Below are positions 52,617 through 64,000 of a stretch of DNA of 64,000 nt, piece by piece. The notes beneath the pieces were generated by a model that was not told the origin of the DNA, did no database searches, and saw nothing but the letters and a program-made list of their open reading frames with translations. Position 1 is the stretch's first letter. Each line of letters begins with the position of its first letter. This DNA is from Eledone cirrhosa. Taxonomy: Eukaryota. The stretch is taken from positions 245,768,001 to 245,832,000 of the forward strand of contig OZ024742.1 of the NCBI GenBank assembly GCA_964016885.1. Reading direction: 5' to 3'. The translations under genes and the position numbers were made by a program.

Positions 52617-53168
52617 ATCATCATCATCATCACCGTTTTACGTCCGTTCTTCCATGCTAGCATGGGTAAGACGGGTTGTCCTGTTGTGGGCAGTGTCTGG
52701 TCGGCTGACCATGCCTTGCTCATACAAGAACTGATTTTGGCTTGATTTCTACAGCTGGATGCCCTTCCTAACACCAACCTCATTTACAGTGTGGGCTGGG
52801 TGCTTTTTTGCCGTGGCACCTCCATGACCACCTTGCAGTGGGAGGGTGTGGGAGCATATTGTCTATATGCTTCAGCTTGCACCCATGGGAGGTCGGGTAC
52901 TCTGTATTACTGCGTGATGGCAGAGGTCACGGTTGTGTGTCATCGCCTTTGAGAGGTGTAATTGGGTAAGGTCGGCTTTTATCACCTCATCCCAGGTCTT
53001 CTTGGGTCTCCCCACTCCGCGGTTTCCATTGACTTCTAGTGCTCTGCACCTTTTTATGCAGCTGTCATCCTTCATACGCATCACATGTCCATACCAACGC
53101 AACCGCCTCTCCTGAACACAGCATTTGATTCCTCTTATGCTCAGTCTCTCTCTCAATTCATTTATGCT
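52617..53168 (-). mobile_element. RTE LINE 3' end
   Basis: [40 protein letters not shown], then UTR and TGA tail. Confidence 0.9.
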
Positions 53169-54011
53169 ATATATATACACATCATCAGACAATATATATA
53201 TATACATACACTTTTTCTTCTTCCTCCAGTCATGCAGATATGACAATAGAAAACACCAGTCCTATTTATATATCTTCACTTAGAAGACTGACGATGTTTA
53301 AATATCTACCTGTTCTCTCCAGTAATCATCATCTAAAGTCTGGTGAAAAAGCTCTGTAATGATTATTGTAACTTAATCCCTTATTATTTCTGCAGCAATC
53401 CAACTGGCGGTGGATTGGCAGTATCGGTGGAGGGTCGGACGCCATGCTTTCCAGCATAGTTATGTCCCTTTACGATCTGAGTTCAAATCCTGCCGAGGTT
53501 GACTTTGCCTTTCATCCTTACGGGGTCGATAAAATAAAGTACCAGTAATGCACTGGGATAATTGCTGGCCTTGTGCCTAAAGTAGAAACAATTATTTCTG
53601 CAACATGTCATCACCTTAGACCTAACACTGCATCTGTACCCATGCATGTTTGTGTGTGTGCGTGTGTGTGTGTGAGTGAGTGCTTATATATATATATATA
53701 TAGATCAACTTCATCATCATCACTGTTTAACAGTGATTATGATGATGAGGACGATGATGATGATATATAAATACACACATATACATGCATACATATCATA
53801 TTGACACACACACATTTGTATGTATGTATCTGTCACTCAGGGAGTGGGATTGGCTCAGTGCACAGTCTTTCCTCACTTTTAAAAAATCTTCATGCACAGG
53901 CATTGCATGATAGCATTAATTGATAATTATTAATAATTTTATATCGTACAATGGCCATACTCGATAACGAGGGAGCAGCCATCATGTATGTATGTATGTA
54001 TGTATTTATGT

Positions 54012-54630
54012 CGGATCACTCTTAAGTGCTACTGGTAACATGTAACCCAGTACAACCTGTCGCATGGTCGGGTCGTCAGCGACTAAACCGGCAACCCCAC
54101 CAAGTTTACTTGGTGAGGTGGGTGATTTTGGACACCCTGCAGGACAAAAAACAAAACCTGACAAAGAGCGGAAGAAATCATAAGAGTCAACGGCCATCCG
54201 AAAATGTGTAAATATGTATATACACATGTACATATGTATGTATATGTGTATATACATGGGTGCATGTGTATGTATATGCGCGGGGACATAGAAATAGTCG
54301 GGCTGGACACCTGATCGCGCGGTTAAACCACTGGGAGTGAAGGACCTCTAGCCTTTGTCAGGGCATTCTTCTAGGAGAAGGCAACTCAGGAAACTGGGAT
54401 AACTCCGATATAAAACCTGCGGCTCAGTAGTTACCGATGATGTTGATCTTTTCTTCTTTTCGGGTTATAGCTACTGTTGCTCAGAGAGTGGGATTGGCTC
54501 AGTGCACAGTCTTTCCTCACTTTAAAAAATATCTTCATGCACAGGCATTGCACAATGGAATTAATTAATAATTATCAATAATGGTATATTGTGCAATGGC
54601 CATACTTGATAACGAGGGGGCAGCCATCAT
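54012..54630 (+). mobile_element. ORF-less ~600-bp non-autonomous retroelement (RTE-like 5' UTR + 3' hairpin, (ATGT)n tail); 3' fragment at 53830-53985
   Basis: ctaggagaaggcaactc motif; 3' ggccatactygataacgagg..gcagccatc; homologous to 59979-60577. Confidence 0.7.
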
Positions 54631-54954
54631 ATCATGTATGTATGTATCTCACCGTTTAATGTCTATTTTTTGTGCATGCATGAGTCAGACAGCTGTTGTC
54701 TGCTGAGACACGACTGGCCAAGCAACTAGGCCTTGCTCATATACTTTGTTTTGACTTGGTTTCTATGGCTGGATGTCCTTGCTAATGCCAACAACTTTAT
54801 AGTGTATACTGGGAGAATTTTATCATGACTCTAAAACTACCACCTTACAAAGGGGATTAAGTGGTTTTTGTTGTGGCACCAGCATTACCACCTCACAAAG
54901 TAGATTAGATGCTTTTGTAGTGGCATCAGCATTATTTCATTGCAGCACTAGGGT

Positions 54955-55225
54955 GCTCATTGTACATGGTCATATTTAGAGGTTTGGGGCTGAGGTACCA
55001 GCATTTTATTGCTGGAAGAGAGGGGGCAGGGATGATGGTGGTGCCTGGCTTCCCTTGGTGGCTTCCTTCCTTTGTCACATTCTGTGTCACGCTGAATCTC
55101 CCTGAGAACTACGTTAAGGGTATGCGTGTCTGGAATGCTCAGCCACTTGCACATTAATTTCATGAGCAGGCTGTTCCATTGATCAAATTTACAGCAACAC
55201 GCCTTGTAACAGACAGAGTGCCATT
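54955..55225 (-). mobile_element. SINE central-domain fragment (related piece at ~34635-34720)
   Basis: gtcacattctgtgtcacgctgaatctccctgagaactacgttaagggt..cagccacttgcacattaattt matches the 34635-34720 piece in reverse. Confidence 0.55.
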
Positions 55226-55354
55226 TTTTTAATTATGTATTTATATTTATTCACAAATCTAATTCAGTGAAATATGTTATAAGCTGGATGTCATCTGTTA
55301 GGGATAGGGAAGTTAGTTCCATTAATCAGAATCTCCATTCTGTTCTCTTTATCT

Positions 55355-55875
55355 ATTGTAAAATGGTTGTGTAGGTGTCACAACAAAAAGCACCCAGCCA
55401 ACACTGTAAAGTGGTCATGTAGGTATCGCAAGAAAAAGTACCCAGTCCACACTGTAAGGTGGTTGTGTAGGTGTCACAACAAAAAGCACCCAGCAAACAC
55501 TGTAAGGTGGTTGTGTTGGTGTCACAACAAAAAGTACCCAGTCAACACTGTAAAGTGGTCATGTAAGGGTCACAACAAAAAGTACCCAGTCCACACTGTA
55601 AGGTGGTTGTGTAGGTGTCACAACAAAAAGTACCCAGTTCACACTGTAAGGTGGTCATGTAGGTGTCATGACAAGAAGCACCCAGTTCACACTGTAAAGT
55701 TGTCACTGTAAATGAGGTTGGCATTAGGAAGGACATCCAGCAGTAGAAACCAAGCCCAAATCAGTCCTAAATGAGCAAGACATGGACCCTGACCTAACAT
55801 TGTCCACAACAGGACAACTCGTCTAACCCATGCTAGCATGGAAAAATGGACATAAAACGGTGATGATGATGATGG
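55355..55875 (+). repeat. 47-bp minisatellite (~7 units) inside a SINE/RTE tail
   Basis: ggttgtgtaggtgtcacaacaaaaagyacccagtccacactgtaaggt, then the ttggcattaggaagg motif and a TGA tail. Confidence 0.88.
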
Positions 55876-56114
55876 TGACATCCTGGTCACACGAAGTAAA
55901 CATGAGAGGCAGCCGTTTATTGGTCAAGCAAATCCCCCTAGAGAATCCACCAACAACCCAAACTGCAACTGGTCATGTAGATGAGGTTGTCAGCTTGTTG
56001 CTAACTGAATTTGTGTCCAACATTCACATCCCAGTCATCCAGTTATTGGTAATGGGCTGAGTTCATAGAAAAGATCCCAGCCTCCTCCTCAACTTTCCTT
56101 TTCTCAGATCACCC

Positions 56115-56164
<50 letters not shown>

Positions 56165-56168
<4 letters not shown>

Positions 56169-56450
56169 CTTCTGTTACCTGGGAGAGCAAATTAGCAATG
56201 GACGAGGTTGTTCCGAAAGTACAGTAGCCAGAGTGGAAGCCAGATGGAAAAAGTTCAGGGATCTACAACCACTGCTAGCTACAAAAGGTTTTCCCCTCAA
56301 AAGAATGGTTGACTGTATGATGCATTTACAAGTATATGAAGAACAGTGTTGCATGGTAGTGAGACCTGGGCACTGTGTGCAGAGGACCTACGAAGATTGG
56401 ATAGAAATAAAGCTTGCATGATTCGATGGACATGTAATAGTAGTGTTCAT
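56165..56450 (+). mobile_element. Degenerate RTE fragment
   Basis: [36 protein letters not shown]. Confidence 0.8.
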
Positions 56451-56454
56451 GAAC

Positions 56455-59230
56455 ATGTAATGTGATGTGTGTGTTGTTTGATGTATGTGTGCTGTGATGT
56501 GGTCTGTGTTTGGTGTGTGTATGTGATGTGGTGTGTGTATGTGGTGTGTGTATGGTGTGATGTGTGTGTGTATGGTGTGATGTGTGTGGTGTGGTGTGAT
56601 GTGGTGTGATGTGTGTGGTGTGTGTATGGTGTGATGTGTGTGTGTATGGTGTGATGTGTGTGGTGTGGTGTGATGTGTGTGTATGGTGGGATGTGTGTGG
56701 TGTGATGTGTGTGTGGTGTGATGTATGTGTGTGGTCTGATGTGTGTGTGGTGTGATGTGTGTGGTGTGATGTGTGTGTGTGGTGTGATGTGTGTGTGTGG
56801 TGTGATGTGTGTGGTGTGATGTGTGTGTATGGTGTGATGTGTGTGGTGTGATATGTGTGATGTGTGTGTGTGTGGTGTGATGTGTGTGTGTGGTGTGATG
56901 TGTGTGTGTGTGTGTGTGTGGTGTGATGAGTGTGTGGTGAGATGTGTGTGTGGTGTGATGTGTGTGTGGTGTGATGTGTGTGGTGTGTGTATGGTGTGAT
57001 GTGTGTGTGTATGGTGTGATGTGTGTGGTGTGGTGTGATGTGTGTGTATGGTGGGATGTGTGTGGTGTGATGTGTGTGTGGTGTGATGTATGTGTGTGGT
57101 CTGATGTGTGTGTGGTGTGATGTGTGTGGTGTGATGTGTGTGTGTGGTGTGATGTGTGTGTGTGGTGTGATGTGTGTGGTGTGATGTGTGTGTATGGTGT
57201 GATGTGTGTGGTGTGATATGTGTGATGTGTGTGTGTGTGGTGTGATGTGTGTGTGTGGTGTGATGTGTGTGTGTGTGTGATGTGTGTGTGTGTGTGGTGT
57301 GATGAGTGTGTGGTGAGATGTGTGTGTGGTGTGATGTGTGTGTGGTGTGATGTGTGTGTGGTGTGATGTGTGTGTGGTGTGATATGTGTGTGGTGTGATG
57401 TGTGTGGTGTGATGTGTGTGTGATGTGTGTGTGGTGTGATGTGTGTGTGGTGTGATGTGTGTGTGGTGTGATGTGTGTGTGGTGTGATGTGTGTGGTGTG
57501 ATGTGTGTGTGATGTGTGTGTGGTGTGATGTGTGTGTGTGGTGTGATGTGTGTGTGGTGTGATGTGTGTGTGGTGTGATGTGTGTGGTGTGATGTGTGTG
57601 TGGTGTGATGTGTGTGTGGTGTGATGTGTGTGGTGTGATGTGTGTGTGATGTGTGTGTGGTGTGATGTGTGTGTCCTGTGATGTGTGTGTGTGATGTCTG
57701 TGTGGTGTGATGTGTGTGTGGTGTGATGTGTGTGTAGTGTGATGTGTGTGGTGTGATGTGTGTGTGGTGTGATGTGTGTGGTGTGATGTGTGTGTAGTGT
57801 AATGTGTATGTGTACTGTGTGTGTGTGGTGTGATATGTGTGATGTGTGTGTGTGTGTGGTGTGATGTGTATGTGGTGTGATGTGTGTATAGTGTGATGTG
57901 TGTGTGTGGTGTGCCGTGTGTGTGGTGTGATGTGTGTGTTGTGTGATGTGTTCGTAGTGTGATGTATGTGTGTGGTGTGATGTGTGTGTGGTGTGATGTG
58001 TGTGTGGTGTGCCGTGTGTGTGGTGTGATGTGTGTGTTGTGTGATGTGTTCGTAGTGTGATGTATGTGTGTGGTGTGATGTGTGTGTGGTGTGATGTGTG
58101 TGTTGTGTGATGTGTGTGTTGTGTAATGTGGTGTGTGTTTGGTCTGTGTGTGTAGTGTGGTGTGATGTGTGTGTGTGGTGTGATGTGGTGTGTTTGATGT
58201 GTGTGTGTGGTGTGATGTGTGTGTGGTGTGATGTGTGTGTGGTGTGATGTGTGTGTGGTGTGATGTGTGTGTGGTGTGATGTGTGTGTGGTGTGTGTGGT
58301 GTGATGTGTGTGTGGTGTGATGTGTGTGTGGTGTGATGTGTGTGTGTGGTGTGCCGTGTGTGTGGTGTGATGTGTGTGGTGTGATCTGTGTGTGATGTGT
58401 GTGGTGTGATGTGTGTGGTGTGATGTGTGTGTAGTGTGATGTGTGTGTGGTGTGATGTGTGTGTGGTGTGATGTGTGTGGTGTGATGTGTGTGTGGTGTG
58501 ATGTGTGTGGTGTGATGTGTGTGTGATGTGTGTGTGGTGTGATGTGTGTGTGTGGTGTGATGTGTGTGTGGTGTGATGTGTGTGTAGTGTGATGTGTGTG
58601 TGGTGTGATGTGTGTGTGGTGTGATGTGTGTGTGTGGTGTGTGTGGTGTGATATGTGTGTGGTGTGATGTGTGTGTGGTGTGATATGTGTGTGGTGTGCC
58701 GTGTGTGTGGTGTGATGTGTGTGGTGTGATGTGTGTGTGGTGTGATGTGTGTGTGGTGTGCCGTGTGTGTGGTGTGATGTGTGTGGTGTGATGTGTGTGG
58801 TGTGATGTGTGTGTGGTGTGATGTGTGTGTGGTGTGATGTGTGTGTATGGTGTGACATGTGTGTGTTTTGTGATGTGTGTGTGGTGTAATGTGGTGTGTG
58901 TTTGGTCTGTGCGTGTTGTGTGATGTGTGTGTGTGGTGTGATATGTGTGTGTGTGGTGTGATGTATGTGGTGTGATGTGTGTATGGTGTGATGTATATGT
59001 GTGGGGTGGTGGTGATGTGTGTGTGGTGTGATGTGTGTGTGGTGTGATGTGTGTGTGTGGTGTGATGTATATGTGTGGGGTGGTGGTGATGTGTGTGTGG
59101 TGTGATGTATGTGTGTGATGTGTGTGATGTGTGGTGTGATGTATGTGTATGATGGTGATGTGTGTGTTGTGTTTGTGTGTTTGGTGTACGTGTGTGGTGT
59201 GATGTGATCTGGTGTTTGATGTGTGGGTTT
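56455..59230. repeat. 2.8-kb compound GT-rich satellite (GGTGTGAT(GT)n)
   Basis: Seen directly; source of the spurious His/Thr ORFs. Confidence 0.97.
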
Positions 59231-59281
59231 AAGCAGTGTATGTATGCATATGTGCATGTGTTTGTGCATACATGTATGTAC

Positions 59282-59299
<18 letters not shown>

Positions 59300-59318
<19 letters not shown>

Positions 59319-59978
59319 GTATGTGTTTTTGCATGTATGTATATATATATATGCAGTATGTATACATAAGTGTATGTGTTTTTGCATGTATGTATATATA
59401 TATATATGCAGTATGTATACATAAGTGTATGTGTTTTTGTATGTATGTATATATATATGCAGTATGTATACATAAGTGTATGTGTTTTTGCATGTATGTA
59501 TGTATATATATATATGCAGTATGTATACATAAGTGTATGTGTTTTTGTATGTATGTATATATATATGAAGTATGTATACATAAGCGTTTGTCTTTTTGCA
59601 TGTATGTATATATATATATATATATGCAGTATGTATACATACGTGTATGTGTTTTTGCATGTATGTATATATATATATATATGCAGTATGTATACATAAG
59701 TGTATGTGTTTTTGCATGTATGTGTTTTTGTATGTATGTATATATATATGTAGTATGTATACATAAGTGTATGTCTTTTTGCATGTATGTATATATATAT
59801 ATATATATATGCAGTGTGTATAGATAAGTGTATGTGTTTTTGCATGTATGTATATATATATATGCAGTATGTATACATAAGTGTATGTGTTTTTGCATGT
59901 ATGTATATATATATGCAGTGTGTATACATAAGTGTATGTGTTTTTGCATGTATGTATGTATATATATATGTAGTATGT
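59300..59978. repeat. ~55-bp minisatellite with a variable TA run
   Basis: gcagtatgtatacataagtgtatgtgtttttgcatgtatg(ta)n. Confidence 0.9.
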
Positions 59979-60577
59979 CAGGTCACCAGTTGGTGCTATT
60001 GGTAACATGTATCCAGTACAACCCGTCTCATGGTCGGGTCGTTGGCGACTAAACTGGCAACCCCACCAAGGTTTCTTAGTGAGGAGGGTGACTTTGGACA
60101 TCCTGCAGGACTAAAAACAAAACCTGTCAAAGGGCAAAGGAGCTGAGTCAATGGCCATCCCAAATCAGCGGGAGAGATGACCCCTTAGCCTTTGTCAAGG
60201 CAGAATTCTAGGAGAAGGAAAACTCTGATATAACACCTGCAACCCTGATGGTATCCAATGATGTTGACTTGTTCTTCTTTTTGGTAAATATCATCTTGGT
60301 TAAGAGAGTGGGACTGGCTTTGTGCAGTGCCTTTGCTCACTATAAAAGCTTCACGGCACAGGCATTGCTTTATATCTGGAGATCTCTCTGCACTTGTCGT
60401 CACATGGTACCATGGGTCCAGCACTATGTGTCAATAATTGTCACAAGTGTAGTGTTTGTACCAGAGTTTTCAAGTCGCTGGCTGGACTAAAAATCACACT
60501 CGTTCAGCGCATCGGTAGGGGTTCTCCTACATGGATATAAAGTAGTGGCCGTACTCGAAAACGAGTTGGTAGCCACC
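59979..60577 (+). mobile_element. Full-length copy of the ORF-less RTE-like retroelement with 11-bp TSD
   Basis: ATGTAGTATGT at 59968-59978 and 60578-60588; interrupts a minisatellite unit. Confidence 0.75.
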
Positions 60578-60899
60578 ATGTAGTATGTATACATAAGTAT
60601 AGGTGTTTTTGCATGTATGTGTTTTCTAACATCCCTTCTCTGCCCCCACCCCATTAACCATTCTTTGTCTTTGCCAATGTTTCTTGATCGCTGTCTTTAT
60701 CTGATTTATAGTTTATTTCTTCTTCTAATATTTCTTATTAAAACATCAACAACAACAACAACAACAACAAAAAAAGAAAAAAAGAAAAAAGAAAACAATT
60801 AAAACCGAAAAACAAGGAGAAGAATAAGAAGAATAAGAATAAGCAGTGACCAATGGACAACATAAAAGACAACTTTATAAGCAGCTTAACAATGGTTTC

Positions 60900-61387
60900 A
60901 TTACCATCATCACCACCACCGCCGACGACGACGACGACGCTGTCACCACCGTCGCCACTACCACCCAAACCACCACTATAACCAACAACAGCTACAACAC
61001 CACCACCACCACCACCACCACCACCACCACCATCACCATCATTCGTCATCTTTATCATCACCGCTGACGCCACCAACACCATCACTATCACCACCACAAC
61101 CACCACCACCAAAACCACCACCACTATAACCAACACCAGCATCACCACCACCACCACCACCACCAGCACCACCATCACCACCACCATCACCATCAGCACC
61201 ACCGCCACCACCAACATCACCACCACAACTATCACCACCAACACCACCAAAAACGCCATCACCACCATCACCACCACCATCACCATCACCACCACCACCA
61301 CCACCACCACCATCACCACCACCGCTACCGCTGCCGCCACTGCCACCACCACCATCATCATCATTAATCATCATCATCATCATCACC
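60900..61387. repeat. (CAC/CAT)n triplet tract
   Basis: Seen directly in the sequence. Confidence 0.9.
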
Positions 61388-61389
61388 CT

Positions 61390-63385
61390 TTGACGTCTGT
61401 TTTCCATGCTTGAATGGGTTACATGGGTTGTCACATTATGAGACAAGTTAGGTCAGGTGACCATGTCTTGCTCATATACAACTGTCTTTGTTTCTGTGGC
61501 TGGGTGCTTTTTATCATGGCACCAAAACAACCATCACAACTTGACCAGCTACAGGGTGGACCGTGTGACTTTTTGTCATGTCACCAGAACATCTTACAAG
61601 GTGGACTGGGTGCTTTTTTGTCATGTCACCAGCATGATCACCTTACAGGGTGGACTGGGTGCTTTTTTGTCATGTCACCAGCATGATCACCTTACAGGGT
61701 GGACTGGGTGCTTTTTTGTCATGTCACCAGAACAATCACCTTACAGAGTGGACTGGCTGCTTTATTGTCATGACACCATCATGATCACATTACAGGGTGG
61801 ACTGGGTGCTTTTTTGTCATGTCACCAGCATGATCACCTTACAGGGTGGACTGGGTGCTTTTTTGTCATGTCACCAGCATGATCACCTTACAGGGTGGAC
61901 TGGGTGCTTTTTTGTCATGTCACCAGCATGATCACCTTACAGGGTGGACCGTGTGACTTTCTGTCATGTCACCAGAACATCTTACAAGGTGGACTGGGTG
62001 CTTTTTTGTCATGTCACCAGCATGATCACCTTACAGGGTGGACTGGGTGCTTTTTTGTCATGTCACCAGCATGATCACCTTACAGGGTGGACTGGGTGCT
62101 TTTTTGTCATGTCACCAGCATGATCACCTTACAGGGTGGACTGGGTGCTTTTTTGTCATGTCACCAGAACAATCACCTTACAGAGTGGACTGGCTGCTTT
62201 ATTGTCATGACACCATCATGATCACATTACAGGGTGGACTGGGTGCTTTTTTGTCATGTCACCAGCATGATCACCTTACAGGGTGGACTGGGTGCTTTTT
62301 TGTCATGTCACCAGCATGATCACCTTACAGGGTGGACTGGGTGCTTTTTTGTCATGTCACCAGCATGATCACCTTACAGGGTGGACTGGGTGCTTTTTTG
62401 TCATGTCACCAGCATGATCACCTTACAGGGTGGACTGGGTGCTTTTTTGTCATGTCACCAGCATGATCACCTTACAGGGTGGACTGGGTGCTTTTTTGTC
62501 ATGTCACCAGCATGATCACCTTACAGGGTGGACTGGGTGCTTTTTTGTCATGTCACCAGCATGATCACCTTACAGGGTGGACTGGGTGCTTTTTTGTCAT
62601 GTCACCAGCATGATCACCTTACAGGGTGGACTGGGTGCTTTTTTGTCATGTCACCAGCATGATCACCTTACAGGGTGGACTGGGTGCTTTTTTGTCATGT
62701 CACCAGCATGATCACCTTACAGGGTGGACTGGGTGCTTTTTTGTCATGTCACCAGAACAATCACCTTACAGAGTGGACTGGCTGCTTTATTGTCATGACA
62801 CCATCATGATCACATTACAGGGTGGACTGGGTGCTTTTTTTTGTCATGCCACCAGCACAATCACCTTACAGGGTGGACTGGGTGCTTTTTGTTATGTCAC
62901 CAGCATGATAACCTTACAGAGTGGACTGGCTGCTTTTTTGTCATGTCACCAACATGACCACTTTACAGGGTGGAGTGGCTGCATTTTTGTCATGATACCA
63001 GTACGACCACTTCACAGGGTGGACTGGCTGCTTTTTTGTCATGTCACCAACATGACCACTTTACAGGGTGGAGTGGCTGCATTTTTGTCATGATACCAGT
63101 ACGACCACTTCACAGGGTGGACTGGGTGCTTTTTTGTCATGTCACCAACATGACCACTTTACAGGGTGGAGTGGCTGCATTTTTGTCATGATACCAGTAC
63201 GACCACTTCACAGGGTGGACTGGGTGCTTTTTGTTATGTCACCAGCATGACCACTTTACAGGGTGGAGTGGCTGCATTTTTGTCATGATACCAGTACGAC
63301 CACTTCACAGGGTGGACTGGGTGCTTTTTGTTATGTCACCAGCATGACCACTTTACAGGGTGGACTGGGTGCTTTTTGTTGTGGC
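61390..63385 (-). repeat. 49-bp minisatellite array (~37 units) grown from a SINE/RTE tail
   Basis: Unit cagcatgatcaccttacagggtggactgggtgcttttttgtcatgtcac; tail sequence at 61390-61500. Confidence 0.95.
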
Positions 63386-63539
63386 AGCAGGACTGTGGGA
63401 GAGCAGTTGTGGAGTGCATCCAGCTTTTGATGTTTGCTTGCATGGGCAGGTCAGGAGATGTGCTATCAGAGGTACGGGAAGTGAGAGTTGGAGGGGGTGG
63501 TGAAGTGAGTATGCAGGATGTAGATGGGGGATGTGAGTG

Positions 63540-63800
63540 TCACTATAATCATTGCTAAATCTAACATTGCTGACTGCTTCTCTGTACATGGCTTGTATTG
63601 TCCTCACAAGCTACTCGTCTACTCCTAGTTTTCTAAGGGCCCGCCAGGTTATTGTGTGGGGATTGTCAAATGCTTTTTCCAGGACAACAAAAGCCAATAA
63701 AGGTGTTAACTTTTAGCAAGGTTCTTTTCCTGCAGTTGTCTCACAAGGAAGAAAGCATCAGTGATACTTTCAGCTGGCACAAATCTGAACTGCATCTCAT
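63540..63800 (-). mobile_element. RTE RT fragment
   Basis: EMQFRFVPA..LRKLGVDE*LVRTIQAMYREAVSNVR. Confidence 0.8.
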
Positions 63801-63804
63801 TTAA

Positions 63805-64000
63805 CCCTTTAGCATTTAAACCGGCTATATCCGGCCAGAATTCTCTCACCTCTTTCTGTTCAAACCAGCCGTAACTAGCCACTCATACTGATGTTAAGGT
63901 CTTGTTTTCAAAGTAAATAATAATATCGTCAAAATCTCATAGATTTGATGTGAATAATTATGTGAGATAAAGCCTTTACTGTGAAAATAAAATAGTAAAT
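63805..64000. mobile_element. Second copy of the piggyBac-type MITE (opposite orientation, runs off the window)
   Basis: TTAA|CCCTTTAGCATTTAAA; reverse complement of 36780-36915 and 36120-36155. Confidence 0.85.

Noticed and set aside
56326-59949. 1207-aa and 1160-aa His/Thr-rich ORFs
   Set aside because: Translations of a stop-poor GT/CA compound satellite.
61500-63385. CRISPR-like array
   Set aside because: Units are contiguous with no unique spacers, derive from a SINE/LINE tail, and there are no cas genes.

Overview
Repeat-saturated animal DNA. The SINE/LINE families and microsatellite load suggest an octopus-like cephalopod (inference only). The only host coding sequence I can support is the first coding exon (18530-18893, +) of a natriuretic-peptide-receptor / membrane guanylate-cyclase-like gene. 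I found no second exon, so the remaining ~45 kb is probably intron. The rest is mobile DNA: one nearly intact Penelope-like retroelement (Naiad-type RT + GIY-YIG, 789-codon ORF), three broken Naiad-type copies and one Neptune-type copy, many RTE-clade LINE pieces with a PHD finger inside the RT, Tx1- and R4-like LINE relics, tRNA-derived SINEs, Helitrons, mariner, piggyBac-type and Merlin-like MITEs, and mini/microsatellites. The most striking hidden layer is about 20 type I hammerhead ribozyme motifs from about 10 sequence families, read by eye. They include a full-size U3-A8 core variant whose predicted cut lies in frame at the start of the ORF's AUG-less 5' region, a U4A core variant kept in 4 copies, and ORF-less retrozyme-like units. 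All folds and family calls were made by eye, without computation.
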